Origin: Octopus vulgaris
Lineage: Eukaryota
Assembly (NCBI GenBank): GCA_951406725.2
Contig: OX597815.1
Location: forward strand, 8,494,001-8,558,000
Reading direction: 5' to 3'
DNA: 64,000 nt
Part shown: positions 1 to 11,973 of the stretch, piece after piece
Numbering within the stretch: the first letter of the stretch is position 1
Layout: the number at the start of each line of letters is the position of its first letter
Program-made: the position numbers and the translations under genes
Notes under the pieces: generated by a model
Told to the model about the DNA's origin: nothing
What the model saw: the letters and a program-made list of their open reading frames with translations, nothing else
Database searches by the model: none

Positions 1-214
1 AGATTTACTTCTGCCATTATAGCATGTAAAGAAAACGTTGTTGTAGGAGTGCATGCAACATGTGGACTACATCAGTTCTATGCATAGCTTTAATACTGAG
101 ATTGAAAGGCAGGGGAGAATTATGCTTAACTAATCTACAAAAAAATAAAATATTTTGTATTTTATGCTTAGTAATCAGAGTGACCTTCATAATTTTATTG
201 AATTAGGTGCATAA

Positions 215-599
215 TCTCTCTCTATATAAACGGCAGTTTGTCTGTGTGTGTGTCTGTGTGTCTGTCAGGTTGCACCCTCACCCTGACCATGGCTTTCAAC
301 CGATTCTGATGAAACATGACACACACATAGCCCAATGTCATAATTCAAAACTAACGCAGCGAAAATTTTGAAAAGTTCCCCCAGTTCTGAAAAAAATCGA
401 TAAATTCGACATGGGGTCAAGAATCAGAAACACAAACCACAGACTGTCTAGGGGACGCAACTCGACCCTTTTAACTCTCAAAAAAAATTTACCATCATTT
501 TTTTCCCATTTTTTTGCTATTTTTTGGCTATAACTCTCTAAAAATGCTTATATAGTTATTTCCCTTACAAACCCGAGCAACGCCGGGCGATACTGCTAG
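215..599 (+). mobile_element. Non-autonomous Helitron
   Basis: Starts TC(TCTCTCTATATAAA), ends with hairpin CCCGAGCAACGCCGGG followed by CGATACTGCTAG; inserted between A and T with no TSD; paralogous empty site near 4761-4775. Confidence 0.85.
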
Positions 600-758
600 T
601 TTGTCATAAAAGGAAAATGTTACTCTTGATCTATTTCATTCAGGATAGGCAGTACCTGCCTTGCCTACTCAGGTGGCACATCCCTGGAATATATATATTT
701 ATGCAGCCATGCATGATACACATATGTATAGGTATGTGCATGGAGATGAGTCATGTTT

Positions 759-1210
759 GAGTGGCTGTGTGGTAAGTAGCTTGATTACCAACCACATGGT
801 TCCGGGTTCAGTCCCACTATGTGGCACCTTGGGCAAGTGTCTTCTACTATAGCCTCGGGCCGACCAAAGCCTTGTGAGTGGATTTGGTAGACAGAAACTG
901 AAAGAAGACCATCGTATATGTCAACCCGTGCTAGCGCGGCAAACGGACGTTAAACGATGATGATGATGATGATGGTGATGATGTGTGTGTGTGTATATGT
1001 TTGTGTGTCTGTGTTTGTCCCCCCCAACATCGCTTGACAACCGATGCTGGTGTGTTTACATTCCCGTAGCTTAGCGGTTCGGCAAAAAGAGACCGATAGA
1101 ATAAGTACTAGGCTTACAAAGAATAAGCCCTGGGGGTCGATTTGCTCAACTAAAGGCGGTGCTCCAGCATGGCTGCAGTCAAATGACTGAAACAAGTAAA
1201 AGAGTAAAGA
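759..1210 (+). mobile_element. CORE-type tRNA-derived SINE (family A), with a (GAT)n-tailed element 3' end inserted at about 921-982
   Basis: A-box-like TGGCTGTGTGG, B-box-like GGTTCAGTCCC, CORE-like CCTTGGGCAAGTGTCTT, central (TG)n, tail GAAACAAGTAAAAGAG; GAGTCATGT repeated at 748-756 and 1211-1219. Confidence 0.85.
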
Positions 1211-1707
1211 GAGTCATGTAGCCGTTCAGCCGAGGTGAACTTGGCCATGTGACAAATAATCATGAATCTAATGGGCCCTTTATCTTGGTAACTTTAGATG
1301 GGCCACCTGCTTTTTGAAACACTGATTGAGTGTAGGTTTGGAAGTCTTAGACCACCCTTATTTTTCAACCGATTACTTGACCCCTCTCAGATGATCTAAG
1401 TCAGTGTTTTTGCTTCAATGGAGAGCAGGGGTGTGAAATATTGAAAAAAGTTAGGGCAGGGATGAATTACTAATTTTAATAAAATTAAGATGTTTTAAAA
1501 AATTTTTTTAATTGACCAGCGTCATCATGATACATGAAGAATGATATAAATGTAAACTCTGTTTTGTCTTGTTAATAAAGAAGGGCCAAAAAATATATAA
1601 ATGTACCTGAATAATCTTTTGGGTAGTTGACCTGATATTTGTCAATTGGAGAACTCCAGATCTAAGGGTCTCGCTTTTGTTACCTACTTAGCTGCTTCCC
1701 AATCCAG

Positions 1708-1853
1708 CTTTCTTTCTTTCTTTCCTTCCTTCCTTCCTTTTTTTCTTTCTTTCTTTCTTTCTTTCTTTCTTTCCTTCCTTCCTTCCTTTCTTTCTTTCTT
1801 TCTTCCTTCCTTCCTTTCTTTCTTTCTTCCTTCCTTCCTTCCTTTCTTCCTTC

Positions 1854-1925
<72 letters not shown>
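1708..1925. repeat. (TTTC)n/(TTCC)n polypyrimidine microsatellite
   Basis: About 220 bp of pure pyrimidine tetranucleotide repeats. Confidence 0.97.
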
Positions 1926-2633
1926 AGTTTCTAATCCTACTCTTCCAGTGACTCATATTTCTACCCCAATGTCATTAAGGTTTGATAGGGTAGGAACAGG
2001 ATGTATGTAATGGCCAGCAAAATCCCCCCTCCACCCCCCCTTCTCTGCACTCATCCATCCATCCATTCAGTAAGCCAACCAACCAACCAGCCAGCCAGCC
2101 AGTGATCTCTGCTCTCCTTCCACTAACTCCTACTCCTCTCTATCCTTCCCATATTAATAATACCAAGTCTTTGTTACCAAACAGCTGAGACCATCATCCC
2201 ATGAACTTTTCCTTGCCTCTGTAATTAACCTATTAATGTCATAAAGTTAGTAATGGTCATTCTACAGTTAATTACAATTAATTACATAACAGTTGGTATT
2301 TGCTTACTTATAATATGATATTACAAATGGTATTTAATAAGTTGAAATAATTACTCAATTATGTTATTATATAATTGCCTTGTTGGTGTTGAGTTAGTAG
2401 AATTGTTAGACTGCTGCTCACCACCAGTGAGATATTTATATTTCTAGTTCACTTTATGACTGGATAGTCAGCACTTTCAAAGACCTATGAAATTGAAAAT
2501 CACTTTACTTGAAAAACCGGGAAAGTTGATTGCAGGAAGAATATCTAGCCCTAAGATTTAAGATTCTACCTCAAAAAAGTCCCATGGAACAATGGATGTT
2601 AAAACAAACAAGCACACATACACAAGATATATG

Positions 2634-3070
2634 TCGTCATCATCATCATCGTTTAACGTCCGTTTTCCATGCTAGCATGGGTTGGATGATTTTGACTGAG
2701 GGCTGGTGAACCAGATGGCTGCACCAGGCTCCAATCTTGATCTGGCAGAGTTTCTACAGCTGGATGCCTTTCCTAATGCCAACCACTCCGAGAGTGTAAT
2801 GGATGCTTTTTACATGCCATCAACATGGGGGCCAGTCAGGCAGTACTGGCAATGACCTCGCCCAAATCTTTTTACACATGCCACCGGCACAGGTGCCAGT
2901 AAGGCGACATTGGTAACGATTACACTCGAATGGTGCATTTTATGTGCCACTGGCACAGAAGCCGGTTAGCTGCTCTGTCAACGATCACACTCGTATGGTG
3001 CTCTTTGCACGGATGGTGCTCTTAGCACAGATACCAGTCATCGAATTTGATTTTGATTTTGATTTTGATA
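2634..3070 (-). mobile_element. (GAT)n-tailed short retroelement (family D, RTE-type tail)
   Basis: Reverse of ...AACCCATGCTAGCATGGAAAACGGACGTTAAACGATGATGATG; shares TTGGCGTTAGGAAGGGCATCCAGCTGTAGAAAC-like block and internal subrepeats with five other copies in the window. Confidence 0.8.
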
Positions 3071-3119
3071 TTACCCACATACAAACACAGACACACATAG
3101 AGAGAGAAAGAGAGAGACA

Positions 3120-4050
3120 GAGAGCAGATGCAGTATGCAAGAAGGAAGACTAGGTTGGTTTGGACATGTGGTGCATATGAATGAAGACAGCTGTATAAAG
3201 AAGTGTTGATCCCTGAGAGCGGATGGCACCTGTGGAAGAGGGAGACATGGGATGAAGACATGGGATGAAGTGGTGAGGACTGATCTCGGGACATGATCAT
3301 TATAAGATGTACCCAGTGTAAGCTATGGACACATAAGAGGTGCAGCAATATCAAAGGAAGGCCACCTGGGAAGATAGTTTTTGTATGTGGCAGATGCTCA
3401 GGAGCAATAAACACTGAAAATCTGCAGAGAACAACTTCCACCACATTCCAGGGAGAAAAACTAGAAGTAGTTGATAGCTTCTGTTACCTAGGTGACCAAG
3501 TCAGTAGCCGGGACGAGTGTGCTGAAAGTGTAACTGCTAGAATAAGAATAGCTTGGGCAAAGTTCAGAGAGCTCTTACCTCTGATGGTGACAAAGGGCTT
3601 CTCACTCAGAGCAAAAGGTAGACTGTATGACGCATGTGTACGAACAGCCATGCTACATGGCAGTGAAACATGGGCTGTGACTGCTGAGGACATGTGTAAG
3701 CTTGCAAGGAATGAAGCCAGTATGCTCTGATGGATGTGTAATGTCAGTGTGCATTCTAGACAGAGTGTAAGTACCTTGAGAGAAAAGTTGGACCTAAGAA
3801 GCATCAGTTGTGGTGTGCAAGAGAGACAACTGTGCTGGTATGGTCATGTGGTGAGAATGGATGAAGATAGCTATGTGAAAAAGTGCTACCCCTAGCGGTT
3901 GAGGGAACATGTGGAAGAGATAGACCCAGAAAAACCTGGGACGAGGTGATGAAGCATGAGCTTCGAACTTTATGCCTCACCGAGGCAATGACTAGTGACT
4001 GAGACCTTTGGAAATATGCTGTGCGGGAGAAGACCTGGCAGGACAAGGAG
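3120..4050 (+). mobile_element. RTE-clade LINE 3' fragment (RT C-terminus with Cys/His finger), preceded by an older 3' fragment at about 3120-3290
   Basis: ORF 3293-3730: CTQCKLWTHKRC...FVCGRC then LEVVDSFCYLGD, ARIRIAWAKFRELLP, KGRLYDACVRTAMLHGSETW; continues past stops with the WYGHVVRM and GRDRPRKTW motifs typical of RTE ORF2. Confidence 0.88.
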
Positions 4051-4071
4051 ACCATAACCCATGGCCTTTAC

Positions 4072-4853
4072 CAGGATGTACCCAACCCGCGTGCTGTGAG
4101 TAATTACTCAGGGTAGGCAGTTGGTGATGTATATGTAGTAAAACACAAAAAAATAAGTGAAACAAAGGCACACAACTCAGTTGTAGGCAGATTTGCTTCT
4201 GCCTTGATAGCACGTAAAGAAAACGTTGTTGTAGGAATGTACGCAGCATGTGTACTACAGCATAGTTTTAATACTGAGATTGAAAGGCAGAGGCGAATTA
4301 TACCTACCTAATCATCATCATCATTGTTTAACGTCCGTTTTCCGTGCTAGCACGGGTTGGACGGTTCAACTGGGGTCTGGGAAGCCAGGAGGCTGCACCA
4401 GGCCCAGTCTGATCTGGCAGTGTTTCTACAGCTGGATGCCCTTCCTAACGCCAACCACTCCGTGAGTGTAGTAGGTGCTTTTTATGTGCCGCCAGCACAA
4501 GTGCCAGGGGAGGCTGGCAGTGGCCACAATTGGTTGGTGCTTTTTACGTACCACCGGCACAGAAGTCAGCCAAGGCGGTGCTGGCATCGGCCATGTTCAG
4601 ATGGTGCTTTTTACGTGCCGCTGACACAGGTATCACAACTACAATTTCCATTTGATATTTATTTTGATGTTGATGTACTTGACAAAAAAAAAAAAAAAAA
4701 AAAATTTGTATTTTATGCTTAATAATCAGAGTAACCTTCATAATTTTATTGAATAAGGTGCATATTTTGCCATGAGGGGAAAATGTTACTGTTGATCTAT
4801 TTCATTCAGGGTAGGCACTGGCTCCCTTTCCTACCCAGGTGGCAAGTCTCTGA
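4072..4853. mobile_element. Old interspersed repeat, possibly a non-autonomous TIR element; second copy at 1-690
   Basis: 4189-4850 aligns by eye with 1-690 once insertions are removed; degenerate CAGG.ATGT.CCA-like termini. Confidence 0.5.
4311..4683 (-). mobile_element. (GAT)n-tailed short retroelement (family D)
   Basis: (CAT)n TGTTTAACGTCCGTTTTCCGTGCTAGCACGGGTTGG start; absent from the paralogous site near 135. Confidence 0.82.
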
Positions 4854-5082
4854 TAAAAAAGATATCTTAACAGCTAAGCTATCCTGTTTTGATTATTGTG
4901 TCTTTATCAGTATGTACAGGTGAAAAAGAAAAATGACTTTCACCATTCAGACCTGAAGATGGTGGGGGATATGTGTGACTGTAGGTTAGAGCAAAGACAT
5001 GTAAGGAGCCAGATAAGGGGTTACTCTATCCTCCCTCTGAGGGATCCTTCCCTGACCTGCTTATATTTTGTGACCATGTTGA

Positions 5083-5472
5083 AAGAAAGAAGCACTCCGT
5101 CGGTTATGACGACGAGGGTTCTGGTTGATCCGAATCAACGGAACAGCCTGCTCGTGAAATTAATGTGTAAGTGGCTGAGCACTCCACAGACACTTGTACC
5201 CTTAACGTAGTTCTCGGGGAGATTCAGCATGACACAGAGAGTGACAAGGCCGGCCCTTTGAAATACAGGTACAACAGAAACAGGAAGTAAGAGTGAGAGA
5301 AAGTTGTGGTGAAAGAGTACAGCAGGGATCACCACCATCCCCTGCCGGAGCCTCGTGGAGCTTTTAGGTGTTTTCGCTCAATAAACACTCACAACACCCG
5401 GTCTGGGAATCGAAACCGCGATCCTACGACTGCGAGTCCACTGCCCTAACCACTGGGCCATTGCGCCTCCAC
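5083..5472 (-). mobile_element. tRNA-head SINE (family C), full length
   Basis: Minus-strand head GGAGGCGCAATGGCCCAGTGGTTAGGGCAG...GGTTTCGATTCCC (A and B boxes); perfect 12-bp TSD TGACCATGTTGA at 5071-5082 and 5473-5484. Confidence 0.88.
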
Positions 5473-5864
5473 TGACCATGTTGATGGCCTTATTGAATGA
5501 TATTTCCTTCTTTTTTTTTTCATGAATAGATGGCTGTAATCTGTGAACTGATTGTTTTAGTCAAGGGTAGCAGAGGGGTGGTGGCGGCAAGGGTGGAGGT
5601 ACGAATAACTTGGGGTGGAGTGTATGCATCATTGCATCATTCTCACCCTTTCTTCTGTGTGAACCCAGCCCCGCCTCACACTGGACATTCTACTGTTAAA
5701 TTTTAGCGTTGTGGCTGTTGGTGGCCTCTTGATTTAACCATGAAATTTAAGGATCCGACCCCCACCACCCAACTTGATCCTTCCCTTAAATTCTAAGTAT
5801 CCGTTCCATCAACACACCCCTATTGTTGCTAAATGCTACCATGTTGTTAACATACAGACTCCTT

Positions 5865-6112
5865 CAACATCATCACTACATCACTCCTCATCACTACCAT
5901 CCTCATCACCACCATCCTCATCACTACCATCCTCATCACCACCATCCTCATCACTACCACCCTCATCATTGACACAATTATCACCTTCAATACACACCAC
6001 CAACGCTCCCCCCACCTCCTCCTCCTCCTCCTCTACCACCACCACCAACACCACCTCCTTTTCCTCCTCCTCCTCCACCACCACCACCTCCTCCTCCACC
6101 ACCACCACCTCC
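5865..6112. repeat. Low-complexity CAT/CCT/CAC repeat with 15-bp period segment
   Basis: (CATCCTCATCACYAC)n followed by (CCT)n/(CAC)n. Confidence 0.9.
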
Positions 6113-6470
6113 ATAAAAGCCAACGGGAGCCTGGTCAAAAAGTGGGGTAGAGAGTCCCTTTTCTCCTTTTATATTACCTCTCTAACCTCATCTTCCTTTT
6201 CAAGTGAAACTTGAAAAAGTTGATGAGACCTTGACCAAAGAGGAAAGTGTCTGACTTTAGCCCTTTCAAACGAGTCCACCATACAACCTCTTTCGCCACA
6301 GCCACTAGGCACAAGAAAACGGCCTCGCCCTCCTTGTTAAAGGAGGTCGGCGGGGCAATCTTCACTATGGATTCGGCTGATAGCCGGATCCATCCTACAC
6401 GTGACAGTAGCTGTTCGACATAAACCCATAGTTCAGCAATACTCGGGCACTGGACGAGTGCGTGCAGAAC

Positions 6471-6472
<2 letters not shown>
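6113..6472 (-). mobile_element. Tx1/L1-clade LINE ORF2 C-terminal fragment
   Basis: TVLHALVQCPSIAELWVYVEQLL...VAKEVVWWTR matches the HxxxxC...W zf-RVT end and downstream IWxxR motif of L1/Tx1 ORF2. Confidence 0.7.
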
Positions 6473-6510
<38 letters not shown>

Positions 6511-6511
<1 letters not shown>

Positions 6512-6748
6512 GGCGCATTAGGTATGATAAAAGAATATTCAGACAAATGCATAACAAAAACACCAGGACTTACAAACACATATAACATACAGAAAATTGC
6601 ACTACTGGGCACTGCACACATTCTACGCAGAACACTTTCAATACAGTAACAATCAGAGCACCACAACAAATCATAGCACATACCCAAGGCGCACAGAGCT
6701 GCGCTCGGTAGTGAAGTGAAAGCACGATATCAAAATAAAACTACTGAA
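6511..6748 (+). mobile_element. R4/Dong-like non-LTR element, 5'-truncated copy 1, in (TAA)n
   Basis: Encodes GALGMIK...IQKIALLGTAHILRRTLSIQ plus 3'UTR; flanked by (TAA)n on both sides; near-identical to copy 2. Confidence 0.85.
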
Positions 6749-6813
6749 TAATAATAATAATAATAACAATAGTAATAATAATAATAATAGTAATAATAAT
6801 AATAATAATAATA

Positions 6814-7150
6814 GTCTCTAAAAGAAATGGAGAAATTCTCAAAATACAAAGATCTGGAAATAGAGGTAACTAGAATGTGGAACCTGAAAACAGAAACAAT
6901 TCCTATCATAGTAGGTGCATTAGGCATGATAAAAAAATATTCAGACAAATACATAACAAAAACACCAGGACTTACAAACACATATAACATACAGAAAATT
7001 GCACTACTAGGCACTGCACACATCCTACGCAGAACACTTTCCATACAATAACCATCAGAGCATTACAACAAATCACAGCACATACCCAAGGCACACAGAG
7101 CTGCGCTCGGTAGTGAAGTGAAAGCACGCTATAAAAATAAAACTACTGAA
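6814..7150 (+). mobile_element. R4/Dong-like non-LTR element, 5'-truncated copy 2, in (TAA)n
   Basis: ORF 6827-7051 EKFSKYKDLEIEVTRMW...IPIIVGALG...QKIALLGTAHILRR is the KxxKY restriction-like endonuclease C-terminus. Confidence 0.88.
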
Positions 7151-7162
7151 TAATAATAATAA

Positions 7163-8158
7163 TTTATTTCTTTATTGACCACAGGGGGCTAAACATTGAC
7201 CCCAGAGCATAACTGGTACTTATTTAATCAACCCTGAAAGGATGAAAGGCAAAGTCGACCTCAGCAGAATTTGAACTCAGAACATAGCGGCAGACGAAAT
7301 ACCGCTTAGCATTTCGTCTGGCGTGCTAACGATTCTGCCACCTTGCTGCCCTTCTGCCAAGGTCTGAAGTTTTGCAGGAAAGGGCTAGTCAATTATATCA
7401 ACCCAGTGCACAACTGGCACTTATTTCATTTGCCCTAAAATGATGAAGGGCAAAGTTGACCCAGGTGGAATTTGAACTCGGAATGTAAAGCCAAAAGAAA
7501 TACTGATTTCAAATTTCGGCACAAGGCCAGCAATTTCGTGGGAGTGGGTAAGTTGATTACATCAATCCCAGTGCTTGACTGGTACTTATTTTATCGACCC
7601 CTAAAAGGGATAAAAGGTAACGCCAACCTTGGCGGAATTTGAACTCAGAACAGAGAGACGGGAGAAATGCTGCTAACCATTTTGCCCAGCATGCTAATGT
7701 TTCTGCCAGTCTGCCACATAAATAATAATTTTTTCTACCTTTGGCAAAAGTCCTGAAATCTTGGTGGGGGATGGAGGGGGCTAGCTGATTACAGGTACCC
7801 CAACTCTCAACTGATACCTATTTCATTAACCCTGAAAGGATAAAAAGCAGTTAACCTTGGTAAGATTTGAACTCAGAACACAAAGATGGCCAAAATACTG
7901 CTAAACATTTTGTCCTGCTTGCTACCTTAATAATATTAATAATATTAGTTCCAAATTTTGGCACAAGGACAGTAAATTTGGGGTAGGGGGTAAGTCAATT
8001 ACAGTGACCCCCAATGCTTGACTGGTACTTATTTTATCAACCCTGAAAGGACGAAAGGTAAAGTTGACCTCAGTGGAGTTTGAACTCACAACATAACGAC
8101 AGACGAAATATGGCTACACATTTCGCCCGGCGTGCTAACGATTCTGCCAGTTCGTCAC
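7163..8158 (-). mobile_element. Cluster of about five diverged Meta-domain SINE copies (family B and older relatives)
   Basis: Repeated ACTGGTACTTATTT.ATC.ACCC.GAAAGGATGAAAGGCAAAGTCGACCTC..GGAATTTGAACTCAGAAC blocks. Confidence 0.8.
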
Positions 8159-8402
8159 CACAAAGATCATACCAACAGTGCCAAGTCCTGCAGAGAAGCT
8201 ACATTGATACTCGGGGAGTAGGCCATGTTTTAGGTGACTCAATAGACAGTGGCATCAAATAAAGTCCTGGATTTTACTGGCGATGGCTATGTGAGTAATT
8301 CTTCCTGTGCAATAGGTAAAAAGTGACTTGTTATATTTAATGCTTCCAAAACCAATCTAGTATCATTCTGTCACCATTATGAAATTCCTGACCTTCCCAT
8401 TA

Positions 8403-9625
8403 TCTTATATATTAAAAGACAAGTTGTCTGTCTGTGTGTTGTGTGAACCACTTCTACTCCTACAATTTTCAACCAAATTTCACCAAATCTGACATGTATG
8501 CTCTCTTTGACTTAGTACGCTTTTTCTTTTTTTTTTCCTCAAAGTTCTGTGCCCCCAACATAAATAGACTGCTCTTAATTTGCCTAGGATTTGGCTTGAA
8601 CCAGTGAAAAAACATGACACACACCCAGCTGGAAAAAAACAATACTTTACTTTGTCAGCTGTGGTGAGCTCTTATTGAATGCTTGCACAGTACTGCCAGC
8701 AGTATTCCTTTGCGAGTTACAATTTGCCTCTGTTTTCAGGTGAGCACTCTTTTTCATATAATTATTCCAACTGAAACGAGCCACTTCAAAACTCTTACCC
8801 AAAATTAAAAATCCTTTAGTTCGGTCTGTTTGATTAACATTTTTTGCCAACTACATTTTACTATTTTTGGGGTGCTACACATTTATCGCTTTTTCCTTAT
8901 GATATTTTGATTGGCTATGTGAAAGAGCTATTTTGGCTCCCAAAAACGTTTGAGTCAATGTGATCAACATGAGTCTCTAAATGCATTTACTTGGCAACAT
9001 TCATCATCATCATCGTTTAACGTCCATTTTCCATGCTAGCACGGGTTGGATGGTTCGACCGGGGTCTGGGAAGCCAGGAGGCTGCACCAGGCTCCAGTCT
9101 GATCTGGCAGTGTTTCTACAGCTGGGTGCCCTTCCTAACGCCAACCACTCCGCGAGTGTAGTGGGTGCTTTTTACGTTCCACCTGCACAGGTACCAGGGG
9201 GGTCTGGCATCGGCCACAATCGGTTGGTGCTTTTTATGTGCCACTGGCACAGAAGCCAGTCGAGGCGGGGCTACAAATCCATAGACTCTGTTCTTAATCT
9301 AGATGAGGTAATTATATTTTACCCACCGAATTCCTCAATTCCTTGGAACCATCAGGAATACCTCCGCATGTCCAAAGTGGGAACTCCCATCATGTTGATT
9401 AGAAATTTGAACCCACCACGTCTATGCAACGTACACGTTTGATTATCACTCAATTGCTACAGTATGTCATCGAAGCAACCATAACGTCTGGATGCAGAAG
9501 AGGGCATGATGTCTTCATTCCATGGGTACCTTTTGTGCCTTCTGGAGCAGATCTGCCATTCACCTTTCGCAAATCTGCCATTCACCTTTCGCAAACTGCA
9601 ATTTCCAATCCGCTAAGCATTTTGC
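8403..9625 (+). pseudogene. Internally deleted Helitron with Pif1-helicase (RepHel) fossil
   Basis: Helitron-like 5' end TCTTATATATTAAAAG at about 8403; DWLCERAILAPKN (about 8908-8946), YKSIDSV, EFLNSLEPSG, KVGTPIMLIRNLNPPRLCN, TRLIITQLLQYVIEATI, VFIPWVPFVPS..DLPFTF across frameshifts; split by a family D insertion. Confidence 0.85.
9001..9270 (-). mobile_element. (GAT)n-tailed short retroelement (family D), 5'-truncated
   Basis: (CAT)n CGTTTAACGTCCATTTTCCATGCTAGCACGGG; interrupts the helicase reading frame. Confidence 0.82.
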
Positions 9626-11228
9626 CTGGAGTGCTAACAATTCTGCCAGCTGGAGCCACCTTCTCTTAATAGTTTCAAATTTTGTCACAAGGCCAGCAAT
9701 TTCAACTACATTGACCTTGGTCCGCAACGGGAACTTATTTTATCAACTTTGAAAGGACGAAGGGTTAAGTCAACCTTGGTGGAATTTTAACTAAAAAAAA
9801 AACCCAAAAAAAACAAAACAAAAAGCAAAAAAAAAAAACCAACAACAACATAGTAACATCCAAACAATAATTGAATCCTTTGTCATTCTGTACAATGAAT
9901 ATTCCAGTTGTTCAATCAATTATGCTGACAACTCATTAGTTATAGTCTAAGTAGCAGAGTATTCCATGGACCCTCATACTCATAAAGCAATTAATCTTAA
10001 GCAGTGTCATTGAAACTGTGTGAAAAGGCTGGTCTTCTTAATTATAATTATAGTCTCTTTGATAGGATTTCAGACAGTTTCCCATGACCCAGTTTCATTC
10101 ACAGGGCTTAGTTTAACCCAAGGCTATGACATGCAATGGGATCAAGGTCAGGTCCCCCTGATTGCCAAGTAAGTTGTATGTGTGTTGGTTGCTTCAAGAA
10201 GATACAATAAAATGCTGCTGACCTAAACAATGTATGTGTAGGGATTATGTTAAATTCTGATTTGCAACCTGACTATGAGACAATGGATAGGAAATATATT
10301 TGCCAAGAACTACTTACTTCCTGTTTATTGTTGCAATTGAACTAAATTAGAAAGAGAGAGAGTATTTCTTTATTCACCATAAGGTTGAGAAAAAGAGGGG
10401 ACAATACGGGGACAGACAAGACAAACGTTGGGGGTCAGGGTATCGAATGAGGTGGAATTTGAACTCAGAACGTAACGACAGATGAAATACGGCTACACAT
10501 TTCACCTAGCATGATAACGTTTCTGCCAGCTTGCTTGATTTGCTAGAATTAGCAGCCAAATCATCTTAAAGTTCATCATATTGTCTCAGGTCACCTCTGG
10601 CTACAACAGACCACTGATATAAGGCATTCAGCTTTTTTCCCCCCACGAAATATAGTATCTAGAACTATATAATTGAACATATCTTTTCATTCTTCTTTTT
10701 TTAAGGGACTTGGTTTTGATCTGAGGGAAGTTTGGTTGCTACTTCCTACAGGTTAGACAATCATGTAGAGGCACCAACAGGTTTTCCTCATCCTTAGTTT
10801 TTGAGGCTTGGTAAAGCACAACTAATTTTTTAGTATTTACTAGAGGAAATAGGTTTGGGATGGAAGTGGAGTTAAATAGATAAAGAGAGAGGGGAACAGT
10901 TTAGGAGAGAGTGCTGTTGGAGATGAGAGGGAGAGTAAGATGAGGAGGAGGAGGAGAGAGGATTAACACTGCAAGCTGGCAGAATTGTTGGTATGCTGGG
11001 CAAAATGCTAAGTGGTATTTTGTGGCATTTTGTCCATCCTAACATTCTGAGTTAAAATTCCACTGTGGTCAACTTTGCCTTTCATCCTTTATCTCCTCCC
11101 CCGAAACTACTGCACCTTGTGCTAAAATTTGATATCATTCTCTTTTACTTGTTTCAGTCATTTGACTGTGGCCATGCTGGAGCACAGCTTTTATTTGAGC
11201 AAATCGACCCCAGGACTTATAGCTGTCT

Positions 11229-11535
11229 AGTGTGCCGGTGGCACGTAAAAGGCACCATTTGAGTGTGATCGTTACCAGCGTTGCCTTACTGGCACATGAA
11301 AAACCATCCGAGCGAGGTCATTGCCAGTACCGCCTGACTGGCCCCTGTGCCGGTGGCACGTAAAAAGCACCCACTACACTCTCGGAGTGCTTGGCGTTAG
11401 GAAGAACATCCAGCTGTAGAAACTCTGCCAGATCAAGATTGGAGCCTGGTGCAGCCATCTGGTTCGCCAGCCCTCAGTCAAAATCGTCCAACCCATGCTA
11501 GCATGGAAAGCGGACGTTAAACGATGATGATGATG
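11229..11535 (+). mobile_element. (GAT)n-tailed short retroelement (family D)
   Basis: GTGCCGGTGGCACGTAAAA subrepeats; ends AACCCATGCTAGCATGGAAAGCGGACGTTAAACGATGATGATG. Confidence 0.85.
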
Positions 11536-11561
11536 GTTGGTGGTTGGTGGTGTGTGAGGTA

Positions 11562-11973
11562 GGTCAAGCGGCAGAAACGTTAGCACGCCGGGCGAAATGC
11601 TTAGCGGTATTTCGCTTGTCGTTACGTTGTGAGTTCAAATTCCGCCGAGGTTGACTTTGCCTTTCATCCTTTCGGGGTCAATAAATTAAGTACCAGTTAC
11701 GCACTGGGGTCGATGTAATCGACTTAATACCTATGTCTGTCCTTGTTTGTCCCCTCTATGTTTAGCCCCTTGTGGGTAATAAAGAAATAGGTATTTCGTC
11801 TGCCTTTACGTTCTGAGTTGAAATTCCGCCGAGGTCGACTTTGCCTTTCATCCTTTCGGGGTCGATAAATTAAGTACCAGTTACGCACTGGAGTCGATGT
11901 AATCGACTTAATACCTATGTCTGTCCTTGTTTGTCCCCTCTATGTTTAGCCCCTTGTGGGTAATAAAGAAATA
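11562..11973 (+). mobile_element. Meta-domain SINE (family B), dimer
   Basis: Head GGCAGAAACGTTAGCACGCCGGGCGAAATGC, Meta-like GAGGTCGACTTTGCCTTTCATCCTTTCGGGGTCGATAAATTAAGTACCAG; second unit restarts at GGTATTTCGTCTG. Confidence 0.88.

Noticed and set aside
1646-1951. Phe/Ser/Leu membrane-like ORF
   Set aside because: Product of (TTTC)n.
5774-6214. Ser/Thr-rich and acidic ORFs
   Set aside because: Low-complexity triplet repeats, no splice or homology support.
9270-9625. Host PIF1 helicase gene
   Set aside because: Intronless, frameshifted, with Helitron-type motifs and a Helitron-like 5' end upstream.
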